Below are positions 28,095-37,863 of a stretch of 64,000 bases of DNA, piece by piece. A model generated the notes under the pieces. It saw nothing but the letters and a program-made list of their open reading frames with translations. It was not told the DNA's origin and made no database searches. The stretch is from Actinomycetota bacterium. GTDB lineage: Bacteria > Actinomycetota > Acidimicrobiia > Spongiisociales > UBA11373. Where the stretch lies: NCBI GenBank assembly GCA_043810615.1, contig JBDROA010000007.1:1390-65389 (forward strand), read 5' to 3'. Every line of letters begins with the position of its first letter. The stretch's first letter is position 1. A program made the position numbers and the translations under genes.

Positions 28095-30284
28095 TCAGCG
28101 GCCGAGGCGGTGTGCCGCGTAGGTTCCCAGGGCGCGCATCGCCCGATCGGCGGTGCGGAACACGGGCACCCCTTCGGCCTCCAGCAGCGAAGCCAGGGGG
28201 TCGTAGAGGCATCCGCCGTCCACCACCACCACCCAGGCTTTGGCGGTGGCGCCGAAGAGTCGGGCGAGGCGAGGGCCCACCGACCCGGGGGCGGCGGCAT
28301 CCTCGGGGTGGGCCGGCCCGGCGGCCAGGGTCGCCAGCGCGGGGGTGAGGGGCACGGCGCCCACCAGGCCCAGGTCCACCGCGGGATCAGCCAGAACGGC
28401 CTCCACAGCCGCAGCGAACCCGGTGTCGTCGGTGATCGGGGTCAGGTCGAGGGGGTTGCGCACCCCGACCACCCCCTCCAGGCGGCGCGCCGCCAGCATC
28501 GCGGCCACCGCCCCCTCCGCCACCGGGCCCAGGGTGGGAAAGGCGAAGGTGCCCTGGTGGTCGGCGGCGGCCACGCACTCGAAGCCGGCATTTGACACCG
28601 CACCGAGGCGCAGGCCGGCGATCTCCTTCCCCCGCAGCGTCACGGCGAGGCGCACCAGGTCCTCGAACTCCTCGAACGTGCCGGCCATCAGCACGCCGGC
28701 CTCCCGGGCGAGCGCCCCGGCCAGAGCGTGGTCGGGGGCCAGCGCCGCGGTGTGCGAGGCAGCGGCGGCGGCACCGTCGGAGGTGCGGCCCCCCAGGTAG
28801 AGGATCACCACCCCGCCCCGCTGCCGGATGCGAGCGGCGGCGTCGAGGCAGCGGGCCCCGTCGCCGGGGCGGAACCCCTCGAGGTAGCAGGCGAACACCT
28901 CCACTGCGGGGTCGTCCTGCAGGCAGGAGAGGTAGTCGCCGGCCGTCAGGTCGGCCTGGTTGCCCAGGGTCACCAAGTAGCGCGGCCGCAGGTGGGCAAG
29001 CCGATCGAGGCGGGCAATGGCGAAAGCCCCGCTCTGGGAGAGCACCGCCAGGGGCGCGGTCGGAGCCCCGGGCCGGGGGCTGGACTTGAAGCCGGGGATG
29101 AAAGTGGCGTCGTAGCCGCCGGGCACGGAGCGCACCCCCATGGAGTTGCCCCCGTTCACCACCGGCCCGTCGCCGCGGCGGCGCCCGGCGGCCACCGCGG
29201 CCGCCAGGCGCCCGGCCAGCGCCTCGCTCCCCTCCCGCTCGCCGAGGCCACCGGGGATCAGGATCACCGCCCCCGCCGCCCCCCTAGCCACCACCTCCTC
29301 CAGCGCCTGGGGTGCAGCTTCGGCGGCGAGGCTCAGCACGAGCAGGTCCACCCGCTCCGCCAGGGCCGCCACATCGGGCACGGCCCGGCAGCCCTCGACC
29401 TCCGCCACCCCCGGCTTCACCACGGTCACCGCCGCCGCCGGGAAACCCTCGCTCAGGATGTTGTGCAGGATGATCCGCCCCGGGTTCATCCGCTCCGACA
29501 CCCCGGCGACCGCTATGGAGCGCGGGTGCAACAGACGGTCCAACTGCGCCGGCGGGCGCGGCGAGGCCGCTTCCGGAAGAGCGCCCCGGCGAGCCAGGGC
29601 GTCGAGCGCCACGGGGCCTCGAGCGGTGAAGACCATCGGGTTGACCTCGACGTCTATCACGTCGGGGGGCAGTCCGGGAAGGGCCTCCGCCACCCGCTCC
29701 AGGACGGCCTCGAGCGCCGCGATTTCCACGGCAGGAGCACCGCCTCGCAACCCTCCGGTGAGGGCCGCCACGGCCGGCGAGCCCGCCGGAAGGCCGGCCG
29801 CCCCGGGCCCGATCCGGAGCACGACGGGAGGGAACCCCCGGGCCAGCCACTCGGCGTGGAGTCCGCCGAGGCCGAGGACCAGCACGGGCCCGAACTCGGC
29901 GGTGCGGCGCACCCCGAGCAGCAACTCCCCGCCGGGCCGGGCATCGTGCGGGACAAACTCCGCCACCAGCCAGCCCCGCACCTCCTCCCCGGTGAACCCC
30001 GGGGCCATCCCTGCGATGGCCGCCGCCACCGCCCCTGCCTTCCGGGGGACCACCCGAACCCCGCCGCGATCGGTCTTGTGGGCCACTGCCGGGGCCAGCA
30101 CCTTGACCACCACCCGCTCGCCGGGGAGGCCGTCGAGGGGGGGCACCGCTCCGCCGGGCGCCACCACCAGGTGAGCGGGGAGGCCGATCCCCAGCGCCGC
30201 CGCCAGGGCGTAGGCCTCGGTCTCCAGCAGTGCCTCCCGGCCCTCGGTCCGGGCCGGGGCAAGCAGGTCCTCCAGGCGGCTCAT
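28095..30284 (-). CDS. NDP-forming acyl-CoA synthetase (acetyl-CoA synthetase [ADP-forming]-type, fused subunits)
   Basis: ATG 30284 overlaps the IorB stop (ATGA). N-terminal ATP-grasp-like segment, then CoA-binding (...IAVAGVSERMNPGRI...) and succinyl-CoA-synthetase-like ligase-CoA regions. 729 aa. Confidence 0.85.
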   Translation of the reverse strand: MSRLEDLLAPARTEGREALLETEAYALAAALGIGLPAHLVVAPGGAVPPLDGLPGERVVVKVLAPAVAHKTDRGGVRVVPRKAGAVAAAIAGMAPGFTGEEVRGWLVAEFVPHDARPGGELLLGVRRTAEFGPVLVLGLGGLHAEWLARGFPPVVLRIGPGAAGLPAGSPAVAALTGGLRGGAPAVEIAALEAVLERVAEALPGLPPDVIDVEVNPMVFTARGPVALDALARRGALPEAASPRPPAQLDRLLHPRSIAVAGVSERMNPGRIILHNILSEGFPAAAVTVVKPGVAEVEGCRAVPDVAALAERVDLLVLSLAAEAAPQALEEVVARGAAGAVILIPGGLGEREGSEALAGRLAAAVAAGRRRGDGPVVNGGNSMGVRSVPGGYDATFIPGFKSSPRPGAPTAPLAVLSQSGAFAIARLDRLAHLRPRYLVTLGNQADLTAGDYLSCLQDDPAVEVFACYLEGFRPGDGARCLDAAARIRQRGGVVILYLGGRTSDGAAAAASHTAALAPDHALAGALAREAGVLMAGTFEEFEDLVRLAVTLRGKEIAGLRLGAVSNAGFECVAAADHQGTFAFPTLGPVAEGAVAAMLAARRLEGVVGVRNPLDLTPITDDTGFAAAVEAVLADPAVDLGLVGAVPLTPALATLAAGPAHPEDAAAPGSVGPRLARLFGATAKAWVVVVDGGCLYDPLASLLEAEGVPVFRTADRAMRALGTYAAHRLGR

Positions 30285-30859
30285 GGCCGGGTCACCGCCT
30301 CCCGGCCCAGGGCGAAGGCGCGCCGGTTCGCCTCGACCACCCGCCTCCCCTTGGCAGCGAAGCCCTCCACGATGCAACTCTCGATGACCTCACCCGGGAC
30401 GGGGAGGAACGCCGAGGCCGCCCCCACCATCACAACGTTGGCGGTGCGTCGGGAGCCGGCGCGCCGTGCCAGCTCCCCCGCTTCCACCAGCACCGCCCCC
30501 GGCACGGCGCGCACCGCCGCCAGCACCGCCTCCACCGCCGGGTAGTCGGGCACGTTCTCGTAGGGATCGGCGGCGGTGACCAGGCGGCCACCAGGAGCGA
30601 GATAGTCGAGGTAGCGCAGCGCCTCCACGGGCTCCACTCCCAGCACCATGTCTGCACCGCCCCGCGGCACCAGGTCGCCCTCGATGGGGACGTCGGCGAG
30701 GCGCAGGGAGGCCTGCACCGCCCCGCCGCGCTGCGACATGCCGTGCACCTCTCCCTGACGCACCACCAGGCCGTGGCGCCGGGCCGCCTCGGCGAGGATG
30801 GCCGCCACCGACAGCACCCCCTGCCCGCCCACCCCGGCGAGGATCAGGTCGTGCTTCAC
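30281..30859 (-). CDS. iorB: indolepyruvate:ferredoxin oxidoreductase beta subunit
   Basis: GTG 30859 overlaps the IorA stop (GTGA). VKHDLILAGVGGQGVLSVAAILAEAARRHGL...; 192 aa. The ORF-track extension to 32626 is junk overlapping iorA. Confidence 0.85.
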   Translation of the reverse strand: MKHDLILAGVGGQGVLSVAAILAEAARRHGLVVRQGEVHGMSQRGGAVQASLRLADVPIEGDLVPRGGADMVLGVEPVEALRYLDYLAPGGRLVTAADPYENVPDYPAVEAVLAAVRAVPGAVLVEAGELARRAGSRRTANVVMVGAASAFLPVPGEVIESCIVEGFAAKGRRVVEANRRAFALGREAVTRP

Positions 30860-32469
30860 GTCTTCTCCGCTTCGCGCCGCTCCACCTTGGCCAACTCCAC
30901 GCACGGCCGCACCGCCACGATCACCGACAGCCCCGGGTGCACCAGTTCGGCCCGCAGCAGCGCCGCCAGCGCTGCGGGGCGGCGCGCCGCCACCTCCACC
31001 ACATGAAGGTGCCCGGGGTCCACGCCGAGGCCCCGGAGCAGCGGCTCCAGTCGGGAGCCGGGGAGCACGGTGGGCTGGAGGCCGGTCATGGCCACCGTTC
31101 CGTTGTCCAGGATCAGCAGGGTCATCGGGGTGCCGGCGGCGACCGCGTCCATGAGCGGGGTGACCCCGGAGTGGAGGAAAGTGCTGTCGCCGATGACGGC
31201 CAGCACGGGGCGCAGCCCGGCGTCGGCCGCCCCCTTGGCCATGCCCACCGAGGCGCCCATGCACACACAGGAATCGATGGCCGAGTACGGGGGCAGCGCC
31301 CCCAGGGTGTAGCAGCCGATGTCGGAGGTGACCACCGACTCGGGGAAAGCGGTGAGGGCTTCCCGCACCGCTTCGTACGAATCGGCGTGGGGGCAGCCCT
31401 TGCAAAGCTGCGGGGGCCGCCCGGGCAGAGGCAGGGCCGAGGGAGCCAGATGGGGCCGGGCCGGCAGGCCCAGGGCGGCCCGCACCAGATCGGGGGTGAG
31501 CTCGCCGTCGAGAGGAAGCGCCCCCGACTCCTTGCCCAGCACCTCCCAGCCGTGGGGCAGCACGCCCCGCACCTGCCGCTCCAGGAAGGGGTAGCCCTCC
31601 TCGATTACCAGGAGGCGAGGGACGCCCTCGGCGAGCCGGCGGATGGCCTCCAGCGGGGCCGGGTACATGCCCACGTGGAGCGTGGGCGGCCGCAAACCCG
31701 CTTCTCCGGCCTCGGCGGCGAAGTAGTGGCGGGCGATGCCGGAGGTGAGCACGGCGAAGGGGGCGCCGGCCTCTCCGGGGGCGAAAGCGTTGTGTCCTGA
31801 GGCCGCCGCCGCCGCCCGGATGGCCGGCAGCCGGTCGAGGAGGTGCCGCCAGAGGCGCCGGGCGTTGTGCGGCAGCAAGGTCCAATCCTGGGGGGCCGCC
31901 GCCCTGGCCATGGGGCTCTGGCCCCGCGGCGGCCGGGGGGCCACCACCGCCCGGCTGTGGCAGAGGCGAGTGACAAGGCGCACCACCACCGGCACCCCGA
32001 AGCGCTCCGAGAGGTCGAAGGCCTCCCGCGTCATGTCGTAGGCCTCCTGCTGGTCGGCGGGCTCCAGGCAGGGGACCCGGGCGAAGTCGGCCAGGACCCG
32101 GGTGTCCTGCTCGTTCTGCGACGAGTGCATGCCGGGGTCGTCGGCCACCGCCACCACCAGGCCGCCGCCCAGGGCCACCAGCGCCGAGTTCACAAAGGGG
32201 TCCATGGCCACGTTGAGCCCGACGTGCTTCATGGCCACCAGGGCCCGGCGACCCAGCATCGACACGCCAAGCGCCTGCTCGTAGGCGGTCTTCTCGTTGG
32301 CGCACCAGTGGGCGGTGAAGCCCCCGGGGCCGGCCCTCGGTACGAGGTACTCGAGGATCTCGGTGGAGGGCGTGCCCGGATAGGCGTAGGCGCCGCTCAC
32401 CCCGGCGTGCAGCGCGCCGAGGGCCACCGCCTCGTCCCCGAGCAGCATCAGAGCGCCGGCTTGGTCCAT
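30856..32469 (-). CDS. iorA: indolepyruvate:ferredoxin oxidoreductase alpha subunit
   Basis: MDQAGALMLLGDEAVALGALHAGVSGAYAYPGTPSTEILEY...; TPP-binding ...GDSTFLHSG...; Cys motif CKGCPH. 537 aa. Confidence 0.9.
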   Translation of the reverse strand: MDQAGALMLLGDEAVALGALHAGVSGAYAYPGTPSTEILEYLVPRAGPGGFTAHWCANEKTAYEQALGVSMLGRRALVAMKHVGLNVAMDPFVNSALVALGGGLVVAVADDPGMHSSQNEQDTRVLADFARVPCLEPADQQEAYDMTREAFDLSERFGVPVVVRLVTRLCHSRAVVAPRPPRGQSPMARAAAPQDWTLLPHNARRLWRHLLDRLPAIRAAAAASGHNAFAPGEAGAPFAVLTSGIARHYFAAEAGEAGLRPPTLHVGMYPAPLEAIRRLAEGVPRLLVIEEGYPFLERQVRGVLPHGWEVLGKESGALPLDGELTPDLVRAALGLPARPHLAPSALPLPGRPPQLCKGCPHADSYEAVREALTAFPESVVTSDIGCYTLGALPPYSAIDSCVCMGASVGMAKGAADAGLRPVLAVIGDSTFLHSGVTPLMDAVAAGTPMTLLILDNGTVAMTGLQPTVLPGSRLEPLLRGLGVDPGHLHVVEVAARRPAALAALLRAELVHPGLSVIVAVRPCVELAKVERREAEKT

Positions 32470-32610
32470 GCCGGCCCCACCGTACTGCGCCGCCGCGCCG
32501 GGGCGCAGCGGCCGGATGGCCCGGCCCCGTCCCGGGACCGGGGACGGAGTGCCCTACCCCCTCCGGCGAATCCCGGCCATCATGGGGTCCAAGAAGGCGC
32601 AGGAGGCTCA

Positions 32611-34290
32611 GTGGCGGACCGGACATTCCTATTGCTTGGCGGAGCCGGCATGGTCGGCTTCGAGGTGGCCCATCAGGTGGCCAACTCGCTCTGCCCGGAG
32701 CGAGTGGTGATCACCTCGCTGCCCGAGGACGGCATGGTTCGGGCCGTGGAGCGCCTCCGCGGGCTCGTCCCCCCAGATGTGGAGATCGTCGGCGAGTGGG
32801 GCGACCTGTTCGTGCGCGAGGAGTTCACCCGGCGCGACCGGCGGTTGCTCCTCGACGACCCGGCCTGCCGGGAGGCCATCTTCGCCGACCTGCTCGGCCC
32901 CCTCGACGCCGCCTACGAGCGCTCGCGACTCGCCCACCTCATCGCCACCCATCGCCCCGACGTGGTGATCGACGCCATCAACACCGCCACCGCCATCTCC
33001 TACCAGGACGTCTACACCACCGCCATCCTGGCCCAACGCGATCTCGAGAACCTGGTGGCCGGCCACGAGGTGGCGCCGGAGCAGCTGGCCCGCAACGCGG
33101 AGACTCTCATCCTGTCCCAGTCGATGTCGCAACTGGTGCGCCACGTGATGATCCTCGACCGCGCCCTCGCCGAAGCGGGCACCCGCCTCTACCTCAAGAT
33201 CGGCACCACCGGCACCGGGGGCATGGGCCTGAACATCCCCTACACCCACAGTGAGGATCGCCCTTCGGCCAAGCTGCTGACCAAGACCGCCGTGGCCTTC
33301 GCCCACACCGGGCTGCTCTTCCTGATGGCGCGCTCGCCCGGCCGGCCGGTGGTGAAGGAGATCAAACCCGGCGCACTCGTCGGCTACTCAGACATCGCAC
33401 ATCGCACCATCCAGGAGATGGGCCACCCGGTGTCGCTCTACGCCGCCCGGGCCGAGGCCCTCGGGGAGCGCCTGCACCTCCGCCTCGACCCCGCGGGGTT
33501 CGCCCGGCAAGCCGAGCTACGCCTCCCCGTGGTGGATACCGGGGAGAACGGGGTCTTCACCAAAGGGGAGTTCGAGGCCATCACCGCCATGGGACAAATG
33601 GAGTTCGTCACCCCCGAGGAGATCGCCGGCCTCTGCGTGCAAGAGATCGTCGGGCGCAACACCGGGCGCGACGTCATATCCGCCCTCGATGCCGCCGTGC
33701 TGGGCCCCTCGTACCGGGCCGGGGTGCTGCGCTCCCGGGTCCTCGAAGGACTGCGCTCCCTCGAAGACCGCACGGGCACCCACAGCGTCGCCCTCGGCCA
33801 GCTCGGCCCCCCCGAGCTCTCCAAGCTGCTCTGGGAGGCGGAGCTCCTCGCCCTCGCCGGCGGCACCCTCACCGCCGTATTGGCAACCACCCCGGAGGCT
33901 TTGAGCGCCGCGGCGGCGGACGTGCTCGAGGAGCGGCCCGGGCTGCGCGACACGATCACCTCCCTGGGCCTGCCCATCCTCGATCCCGACGGGGGAGGCC
34001 TGTGGCGCGGTCCCTTCCTCCGCATCCCCGAGGTGGCCGGGGAAGTCGAGGTGGCGGTGGGCCCCGAAGACCGCGACCGCTGGGCCTCCAAGGGGTGGGT
34101 GGACCTGCGCCCGGCCAACTTCGCCCGCTGGCAGGAGAGGCTGGCGGCCATGGCGGCGGCGCACCCCGGCTCCGCCATGCCCGGGTCGGCCGGGGCCGCT
34201 CCCGAGACCTCCCTCTCGAACCACATCGAGATCGGGACCGTGGTGGCCTGGGTGCTTTCCGGCGAGTTGGGCGGGTACCGGATCAAGTAG
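32611..34290 (+). CDS. NAD(P)-binding Rossmann-fold protein of unknown function (saccharopine-dehydrogenase-like N-terminus)
   Basis: GTG 32611 with AGGAGG 4 nt upstream. VADRTFLLLGGAGMVGFEVAHQVAN... 559 aa. The ORF-track start at 31843 is junk antisense to iorA. Confidence 0.6.
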   Translation: MADRTFLLLGGAGMVGFEVAHQVANSLCPERVVITSLPEDGMVRAVERLRGLVPPDVEIVGEWGDLFVREEFTRRDRRLLLDDPACREAIFADLLGPLDAAYERSRLAHLIATHRPDVVIDAINTATAISYQDVYTTAILAQRDLENLVAGHEVAPEQLARNAETLILSQSMSQLVRHVMILDRALAEAGTRLYLKIGTTGTGGMGLNIPYTHSEDRPSAKLLTKTAVAFAHTGLLFLMARSPGRPVVKEIKPGALVGYSDIAHRTIQEMGHPVSLYAARAEALGERLHLRLDPAGFARQAELRLPVVDTGENGVFTKGEFEAITAMGQMEFVTPEEIAGLCVQEIVGRNTGRDVISALDAAVLGPSYRAGVLRSRVLEGLRSLEDRTGTHSVALGQLGPPELSKLLWEAELLALAGGTLTAVLATTPEALSAAAADVLEERPGLRDTITSLGLPILDPDGGGLWRGPFLRIPEVAGEVEVAVGPEDRDRWASKGWVDLRPANFARWQERLAAMAAAHPGSAMPGSAGAAPETSLSNHIEIGTVVAWVLSGELGGYRIK

Positions 34291-35149
34291 GCAGGGCGGG
34301 CCCGCCCCGGCCCCACCCGGCGGCGTGGCACAGGTGCTTGGCGGCGTCGAACTCCGCATGCGCCAGGAGGGCATCCAGATCCTCGACGGCGAGGAAAGGA
34401 CCGTAGCTGCGGAATGAGGTGCCGACGGGGATGGTGAGCGTGCCGTCGGGGAACACCATCACGTAGAGACGATCCAGGGTCTCGTGGCTCAGCCAGTTGA
34501 TGTGGACGGCGTGGGGCCCGGCCTCAACGGTGAGGCGCAGGGCGGCGAACTCCGCCGCCGAGACGACGAGGTCGTCCCAGTGGACCCCGGGGTCCATGGA
34601 GCGCGGGAAAGCCTGGAAGACGTTGTAGAAGAGCCGATTCGGCTGGACTGCGGCCCGCCCGTCGAGCAGGCCGACGATGCCCGGGACGTCGGCCAGGTTG
34701 TGCCGGGTCACCGGAGTGGCCACCTTGATGTCGATGCCCGGATACGCTGCGAGCAGATCGAGTGCGGCCAGCACCGCAGCGAAGTGACCCTCCTTCTTGG
34801 TGCGGGCCGACACCTCCTCCGAGGCTCCGTCGAGGGGCAGGGAGATCAAGTCGATCTCCGCGCCGTGCTCGGCGAGGAAGGCAGCGGTGAGCCGGTCCCC
34901 GGTGGTGGAGACCGCCACCTCGAGCCCGAAGTCCCGGGCGTGACGGATCAGCTCGCCAAGATCCTCGCGCTGCAGCGGGTCGCCGCCGGTGAACACGATG
35001 CGGCGGGCGCCGGCGGCGGTGATGTGCTCGACGATGGCCCGGGCGGTGGCGGTGTCAACCCCGGCCACCTCCTGAGGCCCCCAGCAGTAGGGGCACTCCT
35101 GGCTGCACTCCGAAGTGACGTGGAAGTCGATGGTGGCGACCCGAGGCAC
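34283..35149 (-). CDS. radical SAM protein
   Basis: CxxxCxxC cluster (CSQECPYC) near the N-terminus and a GGDPL (GGE-type) SAM motif. 288 aa. No obvious SPASM Cys cluster. Confidence 0.85.
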   Translation of the reverse strand: MPRVATIDFHVTSECSQECPYCWGPQEVAGVDTATARAIVEHITAAGARRIVFTGGDPLQREDLGELIRHARDFGLEVAVSTTGDRLTAAFLAEHGAEIDLISLPLDGASEEVSARTKKEGHFAAVLAALDLLAAYPGIDIKVATPVTRHNLADVPGIVGLLDGRAAVQPNRLFYNVFQAFPRSMDPGVHWDDLVVSAAEFAALRLTVEAGPHAVHINWLSHETLDRLYVMVFPDGTLTIPVGTSFRSYGPFLAVEDLDALLAHAEFDAAKHLCHAAGWGRGGPALPT

Positions 35150-35221
35150 GCCTCCCCTCCGCTGGCTCGACCGGATTGTACGGCGCGTCTCCCTCCGGCC
35201 CCGGCCCGGTACCGGCCGCCG

Positions 35222-36361
35222 CTACAGGGGCAAGCCCAGGCCGCGGCCGATCACCAGGCGCTGGATCTCACTGGTTCCCTCCCCGATCTCCAGCACCTTG
35301 GCGTCCCGGTAGAACCGCGACACGGGGGTCTCGTCCACGTAGCCGTAGCCCCCGAAGATCTGGGTGGCATGGCGAGTGGCGTCGACGGCGATCTCGGAGG
35401 CGTAGAGCTTGGCCATAGCCGCTTCCTGGCGGAAGGGACGGCCCTGGTCCCGCAGCCAGGCGGCCCGGTAGGTAAGGAGGCGGGCGGCCTCCACCGCCAC
35501 CGCCATGTCGGCGCAGCGGAAAGCCACCCCCTGGTTGGCCCCGATGGGCCGGCCGAACGCCTGCCTCTCCTTGGCATAGCCGACGCTCTGTTCCAGGCAG
35601 CCCTGGGCCAGGCCCACCGCCATGGCGGCAATGGCCACCCGACCGTCGTCGAGGATCGCCAGGAACTGGCGAAAGCCGCGCCCCCGCTCGCCCAGCAGGT
35701 TCCCCGCCGGCACCCGGCACTCCTCGAAGCGCAGGCCGTGGGTGTCCGAGGCGTGCCAGCCCATCTTGCGATAGGCCGGTTCCACCACGAAGCCGGGCGT
35801 CCCCGCCGGGACGATGATGGCCGAGATCTCGGCCGGCCCGGTGCGGGCGGTGACCGTCACCAGCGAGGTGATGGAGGTGCCGGAGTTGGTGATGAACACC
35901 TTCTCCCCGTTGATCACCCACTCGTCCCCGTCCAGCTCCGCCCGGGTGCGGGTGGCCCCGGCGTCGGAGCCGGCCTCCGGTTCGGTGAGCCCAAAGGCAC
36001 CCAGGGCCCGGCCCGCCACCAGGTCGGGGAGCCACTGCGCCCTCTGCTCCTCGCTCCCGAAACGGCAGATGGGGCTGGCCCCCAGCGACACCCCGGCCTC
36101 CAGAGTGATCGCCAGCGAGGCGTCCACCCGGGCCACCTCCTCGATGGCGAGGCACAGGGTCAGCAGGCCGGCGTCGGACCCCCCATACTCCTCCGGGAAG
36201 GGCAGCCCGAAGAGGCCCAGGTCGCCCATCTTCCGCACCACATCGAGGGGGAAGTGATGGTCCCGGTCCCACTCGGCGGCGTGGGGGGCGATCTCGGCTT
36301 CGGCGAACTCCCGTACCACCTTGCGGAAAGCCACGAGCTCCGGGGACGGGTCGAAGTCCAC
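35222..36361 (-). CDS. acyl-CoA dehydrogenase
   Basis: 379 aa. ...GAFGLTEPEAGSDAGATRT...FITNSG...QIFGGYGY... are classic ACAD blocks. Confidence 0.9.
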   Translation of the reverse strand: MDFDPSPELVAFRKVVREFAEAEIAPHAAEWDRDHHFPLDVVRKMGDLGLFGLPFPEEYGGSDAGLLTLCLAIEEVARVDASLAITLEAGVSLGASPICRFGSEEQRAQWLPDLVAGRALGAFGLTEPEAGSDAGATRTRAELDGDEWVINGEKVFITNSGTSITSLVTVTARTGPAEISAIIVPAGTPGFVVEPAYRKMGWHASDTHGLRFEECRVPAGNLLGERGRGFRQFLAILDDGRVAIAAMAVGLAQGCLEQSVGYAKERQAFGRPIGANQGVAFRCADMAVAVEAARLLTYRAAWLRDQGRPFRQEAAMAKLYASEIAVDATRHATQIFGGYGYVDETPVSRFYRDAKVLEIGEGTSEIQRLVIGRGLGLPL

Positions 36362-36392
36362 TGCTACCTCCCGTGTGAAGACGACGGCGAAC

Positions 36393-37205
36393 TCAACGCA
36401 GCAGGCGCTCCCCCATGGCCCGGAAGTAGGCGGCGCCGAGGAGCTGGGCGATGCCGACGAGTGCCACGGCGGAGGCCATCACCACCAGGCCGTTGCGGTA
36501 CAGCGTCCCGTCGGTGATGGTGGTCACCATGTCCCTTCCCTCGCCGCTCACCAGGGTCGCGGCCCCGATGACGGCGGCGCCGGCGACGCCGGTCACCGCG
36601 GCGGCGAGGCTCAGCACCCACCAGGCCACGCCGGTGCCGATGAGAGGCTGCCTCCGCCAGCGATCGGCCACGGGCGCTGGCCCGTTGTCGGGATGGGCGA
36701 TGCGCTCGATCTCGGAGAACACCAGCCGGGGGATCAGCACGTTGCCCAGCGGGATGAACCAGCCTCCCACCGCCCAACCCGACGACCAGGAGCGGCCTTC
36801 GGCCCCGGTGCGACCCAGGCTGCGGTAGGCCTGGCTGCCCCATACGAGGAGGAGGATGAAGAGCACGAGGCCGGCCAGACCCAGGATCCCGGCGGCCCCG
36901 GCCCACAGGTCCGAGGCGTCCTCCCAGGCCGAAAACTCATCGGCGTCGAAACCGAGCGGGGCGGTCCACCAGGCGTGCATCCTCGGGATGGCGTTGGCCA
37001 GGGCCACCACCGCCAGGCCGGCGACGCCGGCGGTGAGGTAGAGGAACACCCGCACCGCCGTATGCAAGCCGGGGCTGAGGCGGGTCTGCGGCACAGCCTC
37101 CCAGGGCGGTGCCGGCGGCGCCGGTGGCGCCGGGCGCGACTCGGGCGGGTACCACTTGCCGTCGGACGCCAGCCACCATCCTTCGCCTTGCGGCCGGTCG
37201 CTCAT
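36393..37205 (-). CDS. DUF2510/DUF4328-type membrane protein
   Basis: N-terminus GWWLASDGKWYPP (DUF2510-like), Pro-rich linker, then a four-TM domain. Confidence 0.7.
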   Translation of the reverse strand: MSDRPQGEGWWLASDGKWYPPESRPAPPAPPAPPWEAVPQTRLSPGLHTAVRVFLYLTAGVAGLAVVALANAIPRMHAWWTAPLGFDADEFSAWEDASDLWAGAAGILGLAGLVLFILLLVWGSQAYRSLGRTGAEGRSWSSGWAVGGWFIPLGNVLIPRLVFSEIERIAHPDNGPAPVADRWRRQPLIGTGVAWWVLSLAAAVTGVAGAAVIGAATLVSGEGRDMVTTITDGTLYRNGLVVMASAVALVGIAQLLGAAYFRAMGERLLR

Positions 37206-37232
37206 CTGTGTCCCTCCCTGGTCGGGCCCAGC

Positions 37233-37856
37233 CTACGCCACCGCTCCGGCCCGCCCCAGCCGCAGCACCTCGAGAGACCCGCCGGCGGCGGCGAGGCGGG
37301 CCTCCACCTCCAATCCGGCGCCGGCGGCCAGAGCAGCCATCCCTCCGGCGGCCAGCAGCGAGCGCACCCCGTCGCCGTGACCGGCAGCGCCCTCGATGGC
37401 CCGCGCCACGCTGCGCACGGCCCGGGGCATGAGGCCGACGGCCCGCCCCGGCCGGTGGTCGGCCACCAGCACCCGGCCCGACTCCCCGGCAACACGTGCC
37501 ATCTCCATCAAAGCGAGACGGCCTTCCTCTGCCGACAGCGAGTGGAACAGCATCATCGCCGCGACCACGCCGGCGGCTCCGGCGGAGAAGGGCAAGGAAG
37601 CGGCGTCCCCCTGGACCAGCAGGGCGCCGGGGCCCAGGTGGCGGCGGGCCTCGCCGAGCATCTCGGCGGAGGCCTCCACCCCGGCCACCCGGCACCCGGC
37701 GGCGGCGTAGGAGGCCAGGAAGGCCCCGGTGCCGCAGCCCACGTCGAGCACCAACATCCCCGGCCGGGGCGGGCACAACGCCAGGCCGGAGCTTCGCACC
37801 CCGCCCAGGAGGCGGCCGAGCACCGGTTCGTAGAGGCGAGCGCCGAGGCGTCCCAT
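37233..37856 (-). CDS. class I SAM-dependent methyltransferase
   Basis: Motif I VLDVGCGTG. 207 aa. Confidence 0.8.
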   Translation of the reverse strand: MGRLGARLYEPVLGRLLGGVRSSGLALCPPRPGMLVLDVGCGTGAFLASYAAAGCRVAGVEASAEMLGEARRHLGPGALLVQGDAASLPFSAGAAGVVAAMMLFHSLSAEEGRLALMEMARVAGESGRVLVADHRPGRAVGLMPRAVRSVARAIEGAAGHGDGVRSLLAAGGMAALAAGAGLEVEARLAAAGGSLEVLRLGRAGAVA

Positions 37857-37863
37857 GGTTCGC

